Below, piece after piece: positions 41,044 to 52,084 of a DNA stretch of 64,000 nt (its first letter is position 1; every line of letters begins with the position of its first letter). Position numbers and translations under genes: made by a program. The DNA comes from a bacterium (GTDB lineage: Bacteria > Bacteroidota > Ignavibacteria > Kapaibacteriales > UBA2268), in NCBI GenBank assembly GCA_030431515.1, contig JAUIIX010000002.1, positions 14,936 to 78,935 on the forward strand, given 5' to 3'. The notes under the pieces are model-generated. The model searched no databases. It saw only the letters and a program-made list of their open reading frames with translations, and had not been told where the DNA came from.

Positions 41044-42213
41044 ATGAAAAAGCTTTTAATTAATATTGAAAACAAGAATTTAGTAAAGATACTTTCAAGT
41101 ATTTTAGAAGAAAATTCTTATGAATTTGATGTTATAGATAATAATAATTTTAGCAAAAGTGAATTTAGTAAATACACCTTAATAATTGTAGATTTAGATT
41201 ATTTAGAAAATAATATATACTTAGATTTTATTTCAGGTTTAGATAATATTCCATTGATAATAAATACTAACTCAAATTCTATAAAAGTCGAATTATTCAA
41301 AAAATATCAAATTATATCTATAATAAATGAATTTGTAACAAAAGATGAAATATTAAATATATTAAAAAAAGTAAGTGACACTAAAGAATTATTAAATTCT
41401 AATAATTTAATATTTGAATTTACATTAAAAAAACTATTTAGAATTTTAATTGAAATCAATTCTCATCTTTATTCTAAAAATTATAATTTTAATCCAAAGC
41501 ATAGGTATTATTGTAAATTAATTGCAAGTAAATTAGAATATCAAAGATTGTATGAAATTGATATTGCTTCACTTCTATCTAATATTGGCTATGTTGGAAT
41601 AAATCAAAATATAGTTCAAAAAGTTATAAATAATGAGGAAATTACTCCACTCGAGAACACACAATTTATTAAACATACGGAAGTTGCTTTTAAATTATTA
41701 AGCGGAATCGAAAATATAGAAAGTATCAGACAAAGCATAAAATATCAGAATCTCTGGTTTGATGGAAGAAACTCAGAGGATAAACTAAAAGGTAATTCTA
41801 TACCTCTTATTTCAAGAATATTGTTAGTTGTTAATGATTTTATATCATTACAAGTAAAAAATTCGATAAGCGAAAAAGAAGCTCTGAGATTAATGTTCAA
41901 ATCACAAAATAAATATTGTCCTAATTGTTTTGCTATTCTTTTAAAAGAAATTACTGGTAAAAGACAATTCATTAAAAAACCGCAGGAAACTAAACTTAAA
42001 GTTGTAATAGACCCTTATGAAGACAAAAAAAGTTTATATTATAAACTTGAAGAAATAAAAGATGATATGATAATAGCCGAAGACGTTTTTGATGATCTGA
42101 ATAATAAAATTGTAAAAAAAGGTACTATGTTAAACGTTTACACCAAACATTTTCTTTCGAAGATGATTGAAAACAAAAGTGTAAAAAATTCAATAAAAGT
42201 ATATTTAGATTAA
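41044..42213 (+). CDS. Degenerate REC + HD-GYP-like protein
   Basis: ASLLSNIG (vs LLHDIG), YQNLWFDG (vs HHERWDG.GYP), LKGNSIPLISRILLVVNDF. Confidence 0.7.
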   Translation: MKKLLINIENKNLVKILSSILEENSYEFDVIDNNNFSKSEFSKYTLIIVDLDYLENNIYLDFISGLDNIPLIINTNSNSIKVELFKKYQIISIINEFVTKDEILNILKKVSDTKELLNSNNLIFEFTLKKLFRILIEINSHLYSKNYNFNPKHRYYCKLIASKLEYQRLYEIDIASLLSNIGYVGINQNIVQKVINNEEITPLENTQFIKHTEVAFKLLSGIENIESIRQSIKYQNLWFDGRNSEDKLKGNSIPLISRILLVVNDFISLQVKNSISEKEALRLMFKSQNKYCPNCFAILLKEITGKRQFIKKPQETKLKVVIDPYEDKKSLYYKLEEIKDDMIIAEDVFDDLNNKIVKKGTMLNVYTKHFLSKMIENKSVKNSIKVYLD

Positions 42214-42439
42214 ATATTAATTTAACTATTTCATAAAACTAAGTTATTCAATTTGACAAATATTATTCAAATTCGTTATATAAATAATTTCTGTTCCCAT
42301 CTATTGAGCGAAGCGAAATAATCGAAGAATCTATTCTTATTTTCCATATCCAAAACCCTATAATAAACACCTACAGCTATTTTGAATGGTATTTTTCGTC
42401 ATAATTCTTCTTAATTATTAAAATATTTAAAGGTTTATA

Positions 42440-43474
42440 TTATTTTGAAATTAAAAAACTCTTAAAAACTTGTCCTTTATCTGTTTCAATAATTATAAAG
42501 TACTTACCAGAAGTTAATTGGGACGTGTTTATTTTAATCTTACTTTGATTTTCAAATAAATTTGATAACATTAATTCAGAATTATTATTATAAATATTAT
42601 AAGATTTTGAAAATGCATCTTTAAGTACAATTTCAATCATATTTGAACTAGGATTTGGATATAGGTTAGAGCTTTCTGATAAATTTCTATCAACAGAACT
42701 TACCAAATCTAATAAAATAACTGTACCATCGGAAGTAACAGCATAACTTTCAAATCCTCTTTCTTTATTTCCATCGGGTTCGTCATCTGGAGTTAAAAAT
42801 CCAGATGTAATTAGAAACAAACTTTTGCCTTTAAACTCAGAAAATGGTATATTAAAGATACCATATTGAGAAAAAATATCTAAATTTTCTGATATTTTAA
42901 TTTCTGAATTTATATCTTTAATAGTTTTCCAACCCATGGCATTATCATATTTTAAATTACTACTTACTAAAGATTTGTTTTTGTTATCATAAATGTCAAA
43001 TGACGGAGCATCAGTAACTCCATGGTATAAATTTAATTCTATAACTTCTGGAAAAACATCTCCTTTAATACCATTAAAAATACTAAGATTTAAAGCAATA
43101 TTTCTATCTTTTGATCCTAAATTAAAATCTCCAAGTCCAACACCATTAATAATTATAACATATTCTCCATAAGGTTTGAACAACGGAAATGAGTTAACCG
43201 CAAGAACTTGATCAGTAAAACCAATACTAGTATTATGATTAATTGAAAAATGATATTCCGTATTTGCTAATAAGTACATGTAATTAGTAGCACTTTGGAA
43301 CTCTATATTATCTGCAATTAAAGTTCCATTAGCATAAATATCTACCTTTTCTAATCTTGAATCTGAAGAATTATGAATAAATTGAACTAAAGCAAATTGC
43401 TCTTCGCCTGATTTAGCATTAGAAAACAAAATAAATTCGAATGCAAACACAATTAAAATCAATGATATTTTCAT
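42440..43474 (-). CDS. DUF4397-like T9SS cargo protein
   Basis: VQFIHNS...VDIYANG, HGVTDAPSFDI; CTD LYPNPS..SGKYFI..KSFLISK. Confidence 0.75.
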   Translation of the reverse strand: MKISLILIVFAFEFILFSNAKSGEEQFALVQFIHNSSDSRLEKVDIYANGTLIADNIEFQSATNYMYLLANTEYHFSINHNTSIGFTDQVLAVNSFPLFKPYGEYVIIINGVGLGDFNLGSKDRNIALNLSIFNGIKGDVFPEVIELNLYHGVTDAPSFDIYDNKNKSLVSSNLKYDNAMGWKTIKDINSEIKISENLDIFSQYGIFNIPFSEFKGKSLFLITSGFLTPDDEPDGNKERGFESYAVTSDGTVILLDLVSSVDRNLSESSNLYPNPSSNMIEIVLKDAFSKSYNIYNNNSELMLSNLFENQSKIKINTSQLTSGKYFIIIETDKGQVFKSFLISK

Positions 43475-43652
43475 ATAACATTTATTATATAGTTTTAAAA
43501 TTTACCCTTTTAATTTTAACAAAATTATTAAATTAAAAATTTATTTACAAATATATTTATTAATTCAATTTGATAAGTATTATTCAAATTCTATTTATCT
43601 AATTTCTGTTATAAATAATGGCAAGGTTATTTATAATAATAAGTTTATTTTA

Positions 43653-43684
43653 ATGTAGTGAACGCAAATTTGCGTTCACTACAT
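43653..43684. repeat. REP-like family A perfect 32-bp palindrome
   Basis: ATGTAGTGAACGCAAATTTGCGTTCACTACAT; variants at 29295, 38930, 49659, 60655, 61731. Confidence 0.9.
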
Positions 43685-43993
43685 ATCTTGGCTTATATAA
43701 AACTCTACGTCATTCTGAGCAAAGCCGATGAATCTCACAGAAATTGCAAACGTAATTCTGAGAGAAAATCAAATTGCATCCTTTAGGTGTAAAATGTTTG
43801 TAAATAATAAAACCTAAATAGAAATAAAAAAATCTAATAAAAGCTCATATCTTTAAAAATAAACTAAAACTAAAAACTTGATAAAAACACTAACACTACA
43901 TTAATTTGTATAATTTCCCCCATCAAAAAATATCTTATTCTAACAATTAAGGATAATTTCTTATTTTTGAATTTATTTTAAAAACAATTCAAA

Positions 43994-44524
43994 ATGAATT
44001 TCAATTTATTTCAGAAAGTCATAGTCATTATTTTCTTTTTATCCTTCATTATCTTCTTCGGTAGTGAAGTATTACTTACCCAGTTGGCGTATTCAATCTT
44101 TGATATTGATATCAATGGTAATTTCCATTTAGCTGTAGAAAATCAAGAAGCATTTCTGACAATTAAAGTATATGCTTTATTACTTTCTTACAAGATAGGG
44201 GCTTACTTATTTGCTTTACTTACTGGGTTTATAACACTTATATTTTACAGAAAGAAGATAAAAGAAAGTACTAATATATTTATTATGATGATATTTTTGA
44301 TGATTTCATTTGGCTGCTTAGTTCCTATTTATTTCCAAGAAGTTAGATTGTCAATGGCAATATTTTTAGATGGTGTAAATAATTTTGAAGATGGTTCAGT
44401 AAATGCCTTTTTCTTAGAAAGATACAAAAGCACAAGTTTTTCAATATTATCAGCGTTTGCTTTCTTGTCAAATTTGACTGCACTTATAGCTTTTGTGCTT
44501 AATGCTTATACTAAAAAGTCGTGA
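43994..44524 (+). CDS. Four-TM membrane protein, unknown function
   Basis: Four hydrophobic segments. Confidence 0.6.
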   Translation: MNFNLFQKVIVIIFFLSFIIFFGSEVLLTQLAYSIFDIDINGNFHLAVENQEAFLTIKVYALLLSYKIGAYLFALLTGFITLIFYRKKIKESTNIFIMMIFLMISFGCLVPIYFQEVRLSMAIFLDGVNNFEDGSVNAFFLERYKSTSFSILSAFAFLSNLTALIAFVLNAYTKKS

Positions 44525-44595
44525 ATTTTAACTTAAATATTAATTTCTTGATTTATTTTCTTATTTTAGTTTTTTTCTAATTAATCAAATCGAAA

Positions 44596-45864
44596 ATGGA
44601 TAAATTTGTAATTGAAGGTGGCGGTAAATTAAACGGTAAAATTAAAGTATCTGGTTCAAAAAATTGTTCTATTGCTTTAATTCCTGCTATGCTACTTGCC
44701 CCAGGAACATATACTTTGTCGAACACTCCTAATCTTAGAGATGTATGGACATTATCACGGCTTATGAGTGAATTAGGTGCTTTTTGTGAATTAAACGGGA
44801 ATGACTTATTTGTTGATACTCGCAATGCCAATAGCACTTACGCTTCTTACGAGCAAGTGAAAAGAATGAGAGCATCATTTTATGTTCTTGGACCTATCCT
44901 TGCAAGACACGGAGAAGCAAAAGTTTCTTTACCGGGTGGTTGTGCTTGGGGACCTCGTCCTGTGGACTTGCACTTAAAAGGTATGGAAAAATTAGGTGCT
45001 GAAATTGAAATCGAAAGTGGTTATGTAATTGCAAAAGCTAAGAATGGAAAATTAGAAGGTGCGAAAATTCACTTTGATATTTCGAGTGTTGGAGCAACAG
45101 GAAATGTACTGATGGCTGCAACTTTAGCAAAAGGGACAACTAAAATAAGCAATGCTGCACTTGAGCCAGAGATAACTGCACTTGGTAGATTTTTGATTAA
45201 AATGGGTGCTAAAATTGATGGACTTGGAACTTCAACTATTGAGATTGAAGGAGTTGATGAATTAAAAGCAGTTAATGAAACTAATATCCCTGATAGAATT
45301 GAAGCCGCAACATTTTTAATTGCAGCGGCTATGACTCAAGGTAAAATTGAACTTACAAATGTTAATCCTTATCACCTTGCGGCAGTTATAGATAAATTAG
45401 AAGAAGCAGGTTGTGAAATTGATGTAAATCAAGATACAATTGTGCTAACTATGAATGATAAACCTAAGCCAACTGATGTGATTACTTCAGTTTACCCAGG
45501 ATTCCCGACAGATGTTCAAGCACAATGGAATGCTTTTATGCTTTTGGCAGATGGTACTTCAAAAATCACGGATAACATTTATACAGATAGATTTAAGCAC
45601 GTTCCTGAGTTAAATAGACTTGGAGCAGATATTGAATTAGTTGATAATTGTGCTATAATAAATGGCGGTAAAAAATTATCTGGTGCAACTGTAATGAGTT
45701 CAGATTTAAGAGCTTCTGCAGCATTAGTTCTTGCTGGATTGATAGCTGAAGGAAATACTGATTTACTTAGAATATATCATCTTGATAGAGGGTATGAATT
45801 GATGGAAAATAAATTATTAGATCTTGGTGCGAATATTAAAAGAGTAAAAACAGAAGAATTTTAA
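44596..45864 (+). CDS. murA: UDP-N-acetylglucosamine 1-carboxyvinyltransferase
   Basis: SGSKN, MRAS, LPGGCAWGPRPVDLH, PGFPTD, DLRASA, HLDRGYE. Confidence 0.97.
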   Translation: MDKFVIEGGGKLNGKIKVSGSKNCSIALIPAMLLAPGTYTLSNTPNLRDVWTLSRLMSELGAFCELNGNDLFVDTRNANSTYASYEQVKRMRASFYVLGPILARHGEAKVSLPGGCAWGPRPVDLHLKGMEKLGAEIEIESGYVIAKAKNGKLEGAKIHFDISSVGATGNVLMAATLAKGTTKISNAALEPEITALGRFLIKMGAKIDGLGTSTIEIEGVDELKAVNETNIPDRIEAATFLIAAAMTQGKIELTNVNPYHLAAVIDKLEEAGCEIDVNQDTIVLTMNDKPKPTDVITSVYPGFPTDVQAQWNAFMLLADGTSKITDNIYTDRFKHVPELNRLGADIELVDNCAIINGGKKLSGATVMSSDLRASAALVLAGLIAEGNTDLLRIYHLDRGYELMENKLLDLGANIKRVKTEEF

Positions 45865-47024
45865 TGAAGATAATAGCAAAAACTCTCTATGGATTTGAAG
45901 AAATACTTACTAATGAATTGAATGAGCTTGGGATAAGTGAAACTATTAGCCATAATCGAGCAATTGAATTTGAAGGTGATTTAGAAACATTATATAAAGT
46001 AAATTATAATTCAAGATTAACTATTAAGTTTTTAGTAGAGTTATTTAATTTTACAGCAAATGATGAAGATGAGTTATATGATTTTATTTATCACTACGAA
46101 TGGGAAAAACTTTTTGGATTAGAGCAAAAATTCGCAATATTTTCAACAGTAAATTCAGATGATTTTACTCACTCTAAATATGCGTCTTTGAAAATGAAAG
46201 ATGCAATTGTTGATAGATTTAGAGATAAAACTGGCAAAAGACCTAGTATTTCAATTGATGACCCAGATATAACTTTCAACTTACATATTTCAAATAATGA
46301 AGTTAGCGTTTTATTAGACTCAACTGGTGAATCTCTTCACAAAAGAGGATACCGTTCTAAAATCTTAGATGCTCCAATGAGTGAAGTCCTTGCGGCTGGT
46401 TTAATTGCATTTACTGGCTATAAAGGTGAAGTTGATTTTTACGATTTAATGTGTGGGTCTGGTACAATTTTATTTGAAGCAGCTCTAATTGCTCAAAATG
46501 TGCCAAGTGGTTATTTTAGAAAGCATTATCAATTTATGAAGTGGAAAGACTTTAACCCAAAGCTACTTGAAAAAGTAAAAAAAGAAAGTAATTATAATAT
46601 CAAAAAAGCAAGTAAATATATCTATGGTTCTGATTTATCTAAAAAGTCTATAGATGTATTAAGAGAAGTTATTGCCTCTCACGACTTCTTCTCAATTATT
46701 AGTGTAAAGGTATCAGATATTAGTCAAATATCGCCTCATAGCGAGAAAGGACTCATTGTAATCAATCCTCCTTATGATGATAGACTACGAATCGAAAATA
46801 TAGATGAATTATACAGAAAAGCAGGAAAATCATTCAAATTTAATTTTGAAAATCACGATGCTTGGATGATTTCTTCTAACTTCCCAGCAATGAAATTTGT
46901 TGGACTAAAACCATCAAAAAGGATTAAACTTTTTAATGGTAATTTAGAATGTAGATTCAATCATTATGAACTTTTCAAAGGTAAAAGAAAAGAGCATATT
47001 GAAAATGTAAGTGAACAAGAATAA
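45864..47024 (+). CDS. THUMP-domain RNA methyltransferase (RlmL/YpsC-like)
   Basis: SLHKRGYR, APMSEVLAA, DLMCGSGT, INPPYD. Confidence 0.88.
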   Translation: MKIIAKTLYGFEEILTNELNELGISETISHNRAIEFEGDLETLYKVNYNSRLTIKFLVELFNFTANDEDELYDFIYHYEWEKLFGLEQKFAIFSTVNSDDFTHSKYASLKMKDAIVDRFRDKTGKRPSISIDDPDITFNLHISNNEVSVLLDSTGESLHKRGYRSKILDAPMSEVLAAGLIAFTGYKGEVDFYDLMCGSGTILFEAALIAQNVPSGYFRKHYQFMKWKDFNPKLLEKVKKESNYNIKKASKYIYGSDLSKKSIDVLREVIASHDFFSIISVKVSDISQISPHSEKGLIVINPPYDDRLRIENIDELYRKAGKSFKFNFENHDAWMISSNFPAMKFVGLKPSKRIKLFNGNLECRFNHYELFKGKRKEHIENVSEQE

Positions 47025-48005
47025 TTATTTATTTACGCTGACTATTTTACAATCTTTGAAAGTACCTTCGCCATTTGTGAAAACTAATTGTAAAGCATAG
47101 TTAGATTTAGGTAAATTTAATTGATCTAAGTTTAGTTCAAAATTATATTTATCATTATTCAAATATTGATTTATAATTGTGTGAACTTTTTTCCCTTCCA
47201 AATCATAAAGAGATAATTCAAGATTACCAGATTTATGAAGAGTAACAGGGATTTTTGTACTTGAATTTACAGGGTTTGGGTAATTTTGTTCAAATTTGAA
47301 TTGTTGAGCATTTTGTCTTTCGATATGACCAACTCCAGTAGTACCAGTACCTTTTACAGTTACATTTAAAAATGAATCATAGCCACCCATTTTAGTATTT
47401 TCAACTAAACTCGCTACCTGATATTCATATCCATCACTAAAAGAGCCATCTTGTTCGAAACTTAATGGGTCAGCACCTTTTGTATAGATGCTAGGATTAT
47501 TTGCATAAATCTCATCTCTTTTTGCTAAATCAAAGCCAAATTGAGAAACTGCTGAATATGAAGAACTAACATAAATTTGAAAATGTATATGGCATATTCT
47601 ACCTGGATACCAACCTGGGAAAATAGTTTCAAACTCCACTTCTCCATTAGAATCTGTAATTTGATATCCTCGCAAATTTGTTTTACCAACTTCTGAGTTA
47701 TAGCCAGAATAATTACCATCTTTGTCGCAATGCCAGATATTTACTCGGACGTTTGGCATTGGTTCACAATTTTCGTCACCAACTATTTTCATTTTCATTC
47801 TAAGAGGAACACCAACTCTATCTTCAATTATATTCTTTCTAAAATAAAATTCATTTGTTGTTAAATCTAATGGAAAAGGTCCTGCAGTTTCTGAAGGAAT
47901 TATAACACAATTTCCTGCTGTTTCTACACTTGATAATTTTTTAATTGGCAAAGCTAATACTAAGCCCGATAATCCAATACTTTTTAAAAATGTTTTTCTA
48001 TTCAT
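47025..48005 (-). CDS. Intradiol ring-cleavage dioxygenase-like protein with Tat-like signal and T9SS CTD
   Basis: MNRKTFLK; ETAGPF, IWHCD..GNYS, LRGYQITD, PGWYPGRICHIHF; CTD QNYPNP..LYDLEG. Confidence 0.8.
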   Translation of the reverse strand: MNRKTFLKSIGLSGLVLALPIKKLSSVETAGNCVIIPSETAGPFPLDLTTNEFYFRKNIIEDRVGVPLRMKMKIVGDENCEPMPNVRVNIWHCDKDGNYSGYNSEVGKTNLRGYQITDSNGEVEFETIFPGWYPGRICHIHFQIYVSSSYSAVSQFGFDLAKRDEIYANNPSIYTKGADPLSFEQDGSFSDGYEYQVASLVENTKMGGYDSFLNVTVKGTGTTGVGHIERQNAQQFKFEQNYPNPVNSSTKIPVTLHKSGNLELSLYDLEGKKVHTIINQYLNNDKYNFELNLDQLNLPKSNYALQLVFTNGEGTFKDCKIVSVNK

Positions 48006-48091
48006 ATTATTTCCTTTAATTTAACTAACATACACATCAACACTGAATTAATTACAAATTAATGAAAATAATTGTAATAATAATAATTGTA

Positions 48092-48129
48092 ATGGCAACT
48101 CATGAATTGCCATCATGAATTGCTACTAC
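48092..48129. repeat. REP-like palindromic element (third family)
   Basis: ATGGCAACTCATGAATTGCCAT overlapping CATGAATTGCTACTAC. Confidence 0.5.
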
Positions 48130-48177
48130 ATATTTAAAATCAAATTAAATCTTTATATAAGACTTATTCAATACCAT

Positions 48178-49545
48178 TTACTTTACAATCACAAATTCAG
48201 TTCTTCTATTTTTAGCTCTTCCTTCTGCAGTAGAGTTACTTGCAACTGGCTTACTTTCTCCATAACCAATTGATTTAATTCTATTCGGATTTATTCCTCT
48301 TCTTATTAATAAATCTTGAACAGCGTTAGCTCTATCTTGAGATAATTTCATATTATTTTCATCATTTCCAACATCATCAGTATGACCATGGATTTCAATT
48401 TTTAATTCATCTTTACTCGCAAGTAAAGATAATAATCTATCCATTGCATCATTTGATTCTGGTTTTAATTCACTTTTGTTAGTATCAAAATATACATTTA
48501 ATAGCGTAACAGTTCCAGGTAGAGGAACATTATTAAATTCTTTTTCTGCTTCAATGATAGTATCTTTCAGACAAACTTTCATATTTAACTTGTGGTCTCC
48601 ATAATCTGGTTGGTCAAACTCTAAAACATAATAGTTATTCAATCTAAAGTATAAATCTTCAAATACATAGTTGAACTCATCAGTCAAATAAATATGATGA
48701 TAAATTCCATTTGTACCTTTTGCAGTTTTCTCTAATAAACCTGGTGTTACATTATATCCATAGTCAATAGTATTTACCATTACATGACTTTCTAAAGCAT
48801 TATTAATTACTTTATCTTCTGGTAACTTAGAAGAATTATCAGCACCATCTGTAAACACCATAACTACTTTTTTATATTTATCTTCTACATTTGATAATAC
48901 TTCAACTGCTTTATCAACAGCGTCTTTAGTTGCAGTTAATCCACCAAAACCTTGTAATCCTTTAATTTGAATATAATTAGTTAATTCATTTTTGTTTGCA
49001 GTTGGTTGATTTTCAACCTTAATTTTAGCATCATAATTAATTAAAGTAATCAAATCATTAGGTCTTTTATTTTCAATAACTTTAGCAACTGCTTTTTGCA
49101 TAACTTTGGCTCTTTCTTCACCCATAGAACCAGATAAGTCCATAACAATAGCAATAGCAAGGTCTTGAACTTCCTTAGATTCAACTTTTCTAACAGTGAA
49201 ATTTTTGATTTCAGATTTGCCATCAATACTAAGTCCACACCAGTATTTCATATATTCTTTTGCATCTGCACCAGTTAAGAAGTACTTATCTTCAGTCAAA
49301 TGGAAAAATACTTTAACTTTATTGCTCGAATTAGCATCGATACTCGAAATCACAAAATTCGGATTTCCTTCTGCATCCTTAATATCTTTATAATCAGAAA
49401 GGAAAACAGGATTGTAATCAGCAGGTGGAGCAGAATCAAAAACTGGAGTTTCAGAATCACCACCATTTTGCATTAACCATGCATTAATAAAATCGCAAGA
49501 ATTTAGTGTAAACACTAAAACAAGAAGAAGAATTACATTTTTCAT
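48178..49545 (-). CDS. Lipoprotein with vWA and OmpA-like peptidoglycan-binding domains
   Basis: Lipobox LNSC after start at 49545; MIDAS DLSGSM, FTDG; HGHTDDVG..N.KLSQDRA, GYGES.P, GRAKNRRTEF. Confidence 0.88.
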   Translation of the reverse strand: MKNVILLLVLVFTLNSCDFINAWLMQNGGDSETPVFDSAPPADYNPVFLSDYKDIKDAEGNPNFVISSIDANSSNKVKVFFHLTEDKYFLTGADAKEYMKYWCGLSIDGKSEIKNFTVRKVESKEVQDLAIAIVMDLSGSMGEERAKVMQKAVAKVIENKRPNDLITLINYDAKIKVENQPTANKNELTNYIQIKGLQGFGGLTATKDAVDKAVEVLSNVEDKYKKVVMVFTDGADNSSKLPEDKVINNALESHVMVNTIDYGYNVTPGLLEKTAKGTNGIYHHIYLTDEFNYVFEDLYFRLNNYYVLEFDQPDYGDHKLNMKVCLKDTIIEAEKEFNNVPLPGTVTLLNVYFDTNKSELKPESNDAMDRLLSLLASKDELKIEIHGHTDDVGNDENNMKLSQDRANAVQDLLIRRGINPNRIKSIGYGESKPVASNSTAEGRAKNRRTEFVIVK

Positions 49546-49658
49546 AAAATTATAATTAAAATTTGTTAATAATTCCAAAATTACAAAAAATAAACGAAAT
49601 TTCATATTGATAATTTACTAAGATTTTGAATTGATTTTAATTGGTCATTCCCAAAAAA

Positions 49659-49897
49659 GTAGTGAACGCAAATTAGCGGTCACGGCTATTTTTTATGGAT
49701 TCTTCGGCTTCGCCTCAGAATGAACTAGGTCTTATGGAATGACGAGAAAGAAGGAACGGTTTTTAAGTATTGATGGAGTTGAAAACAAAAGAAATACCCC
49801 GTCGCTACCGCGACACCCCTTTTTTACATTTCGACTACGCTCAATGACCGAGGGGAATTATAAGAGAATATGGATTCTTCGCTTCGCTCTGAATGTC
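49659..49897. repeat. Composite REP-like repeat cluster
   Basis: Family A variant (49659), family B units (49698, 49829, 49872) and CCCCGTCGCTACCGCGACACCCCT..GAGGGGA element. Confidence 0.75.
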
Positions 49898-49904
49898 GTG
49901 GAAT

Positions 49905-49931
49905 AAAAAAAAGAGGCAATTGCCTCTTTTT
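49905..49931 (-). terminator. Terminator after serine palmitoyltransferase gene
   Basis: AAAAGAGGCAATTGCCTCTTTT palindrome with T-run on minus strand. Confidence 0.75.
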
Positions 49932-49935
49932 ATAA

Positions 49936-51129
49936 TTATTCAATATATCCTAAATTTTTACCGACTTTCTCGAAAACATTTAGAATTTGATCTAAATGAT
50001 GCTTTTCGTGAGATGCCATATAACTTGTTCGCATCATTGACATGTGAGGAGGTACCCCTGGTGGTATAAAGGCGTTTACGAATACTCCACTGTCAAATAA
50101 TTGCTTCCACATCATAAATGCTTTTTCTGGTTCGCCGACAATAACAGGCACAATGGCTGTTTCACTATCTAAAACGTGGAATCCTATTTTCTTAAATCCA
50201 GCTCTCATATAATCTGAATTTTCACGTAATTTTGTTACTAATTCTGGTTGTGCTTCTAAGATATCAAGAGCGGCTAAAGTAGCAGCACAAGATGAAGGCG
50301 TTGGTGATGCACTAAATATTAATGCTGGTGAATGGTGTTTTATATAATTAATTACTCTTTCTTTACCAGCTACAAATCCACCAAGGGACGCAAATGTTTT
50401 AGAGAAAGTACCAATTACTAAGTCAGTTTCATCAACTAAATTATAATAAGCAGCAGTACCTCTACCGCCAGGTCCGATAACTCCAACTGAATGTGCATCA
50501 TCTACCATTACATTTGCATTATATTTTTTAGCAAGTTCTATTACTTCTGGTAATTTCATTAGTTCACCAGATCCAGAAAACACTCCATCGGAAACTATTA
50601 ATTTTCCTACATTTTCTGGTATTCTTTGTAATTGTTTTTCAAGATCTTCTACATCGGAGTGTTTGTATCTTTTAAACTCTGCAAAGCCACCTTTTGCCAT
50701 CATACAACCATTAATAATACAAGCATGGTTTTCTTTGTCTGATAGAACATACTCGCCTTTCTGCACTAAAGTAGATATAACTCCAATCGCTGTTTGATAA
50801 CCTGTAGAAAATAATAAGACAGACTCTGTGCCTAAGTATTTGGCAAGTCTTGATTCTAATTCATTATGCAAATCAAGTGTACCTGTAAGGTATCTCGACC
50901 CAGAACAACCAGTTCCGTATTTATCAATTGCTTGTTTTGCAGCTTCTTTTACTTTCGGATGAGCTGTTAAACCAAGGTAGTTGTTAGAGCCAGCCATGAT
51001 GACTTCTCTACCTTCAATATGCACAACAGGTCCTTCATTTTCTTCAATTGCACGAAAGTAAGGGTATAATCCTGCTTGTTTTACCTCGTCTGCACGAGTA
51101 TATTCATAACATTTTTCAAATAATGACAT
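49936..51129 (-). CDS. spt: alpha-Oxoamine synthase, probable serine palmitoyltransferase
   Basis: [57 protein letters not shown]. Confidence 0.75.
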   Translation of the reverse strand: MSLFEKCYEYTRADEVKQAGLYPYFRAIEENEGPVVHIEGREVIMAGSNNYLGLTAHPKVKEAAKQAIDKYGTGCSGSRYLTGTLDLHNELESRLAKYLGTESVLLFSTGYQTAIGVISTLVQKGEYVLSDKENHACIINGCMMAKGGFAEFKRYKHSDVEDLEKQLQRIPENVGKLIVSDGVFSGSGELMKLPEVIELAKKYNANVMVDDAHSVGVIGPGGRGTAAYYNLVDETDLVIGTFSKTFASLGGFVAGKERVINYIKHHSPALIFSASPTPSSCAATLAALDILEAQPELVTKLRENSDYMRAGFKKIGFHVLDSETAIVPVIVGEPEKAFMMWKQLFDSGVFVNAFIPPGVPPHMSMMRTSYMASHEKHHLDQILNVFEKVGKNLGYIE

Positions 51130-51231
51130 TCACTTTTCTCCATTTTCAATTTTCAAATATAAAAATCATTTATCAAATAATAAAATTAATGTTAATAAAA
51201 TTTTAAATTAGATTGATATTTTTACTAATGT

Positions 51232-52023
51232 TTATTTTTTAATTTTAACTTTAATTTCGATTGCTTTGTTATCATAAACTAAAATTCCTTCTAAATATTC
51301 AGGTATTTCTATTCTAAATTCATCTAAAGGAATATTAATCATTGTTATATCATTTATCAAGTTAACTGATTGTTTTGCACCGTGAGAAAATATACCACCT
51401 TCGTAAGGAAAGAAAACTATATCCTTACTTTCGCCATTTAGATTTTCGTGAAATTCTAAAATGATATTATCTTCACTTATTGTTGCCATTGCATTGTTAA
51501 GTAATTTTTCTTGTGGTCTATTTTGTACTAAATTTTTGATATATTCTTTAGCGGCTTCATCAATATTTTTTCCTTTTTGGTAAGGAATAGTGAAATTAAG
51601 AATTGTGTCTTGTGGAATACATTCTTCTTTGCAAACAAGCCAAGATATTTTAGCTTTTAGAGTTATATCCTTTCTCCAATCATCAGGATTTATCTCAATT
51701 ACTAAATTAGATTTCCCTGAGAAACCATAATTAGCTAAATCAAGAAATGGTATTTTTTCAGGAATATCAACCCAAATTATATCGCTAATACCTAAATCAT
51801 TGTCAGTTTCAATTTTAATATCAGTAGGCAAGCCAGAATCACCTGGGTTTCTCCAGTAAGTATGCCATTCGTCTTTTATATTAAGTTCAAATAGGATGTA
51901 AAATTTATCTCTGTTATGAGTAATAACACTTGTTTTGCTTGTAACTTTAACTAAATCGTTATCGCCAACTGTTTCGTCAGCACTAAGGAATAAAGAAGAT
52001 AGGAAGAAAATTAAAATTATCAT
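51232..52023 (-). CDS. DsbD N-terminal domain protein
   Basis: WHTYWRNPGDSGLPT, WLVCKEECIP. Confidence 0.85.
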   Translation of the reverse strand: MIILIFFLSSLFLSADETVGDNDLVKVTSKTSVITHNRDKFYILFELNIKDEWHTYWRNPGDSGLPTDIKIETDNDLGISDIIWVDIPEKIPFLDLANYGFSGKSNLVIEINPDDWRKDITLKAKISWLVCKEECIPQDTILNFTIPYQKGKNIDEAAKEYIKNLVQNRPQEKLLNNAMATISEDNIILEFHENLNGESKDIVFFPYEGGIFSHGAKQSVNLINDITMINIPLDEFRIEIPEYLEGILVYDNKAIEIKVKIKK

Positions 52024-52084
52024 AGTTTCATTAAATTATTAAATAAGCTAATACGTTTTTAGTTTATAATTGTTTTAAGATTTT

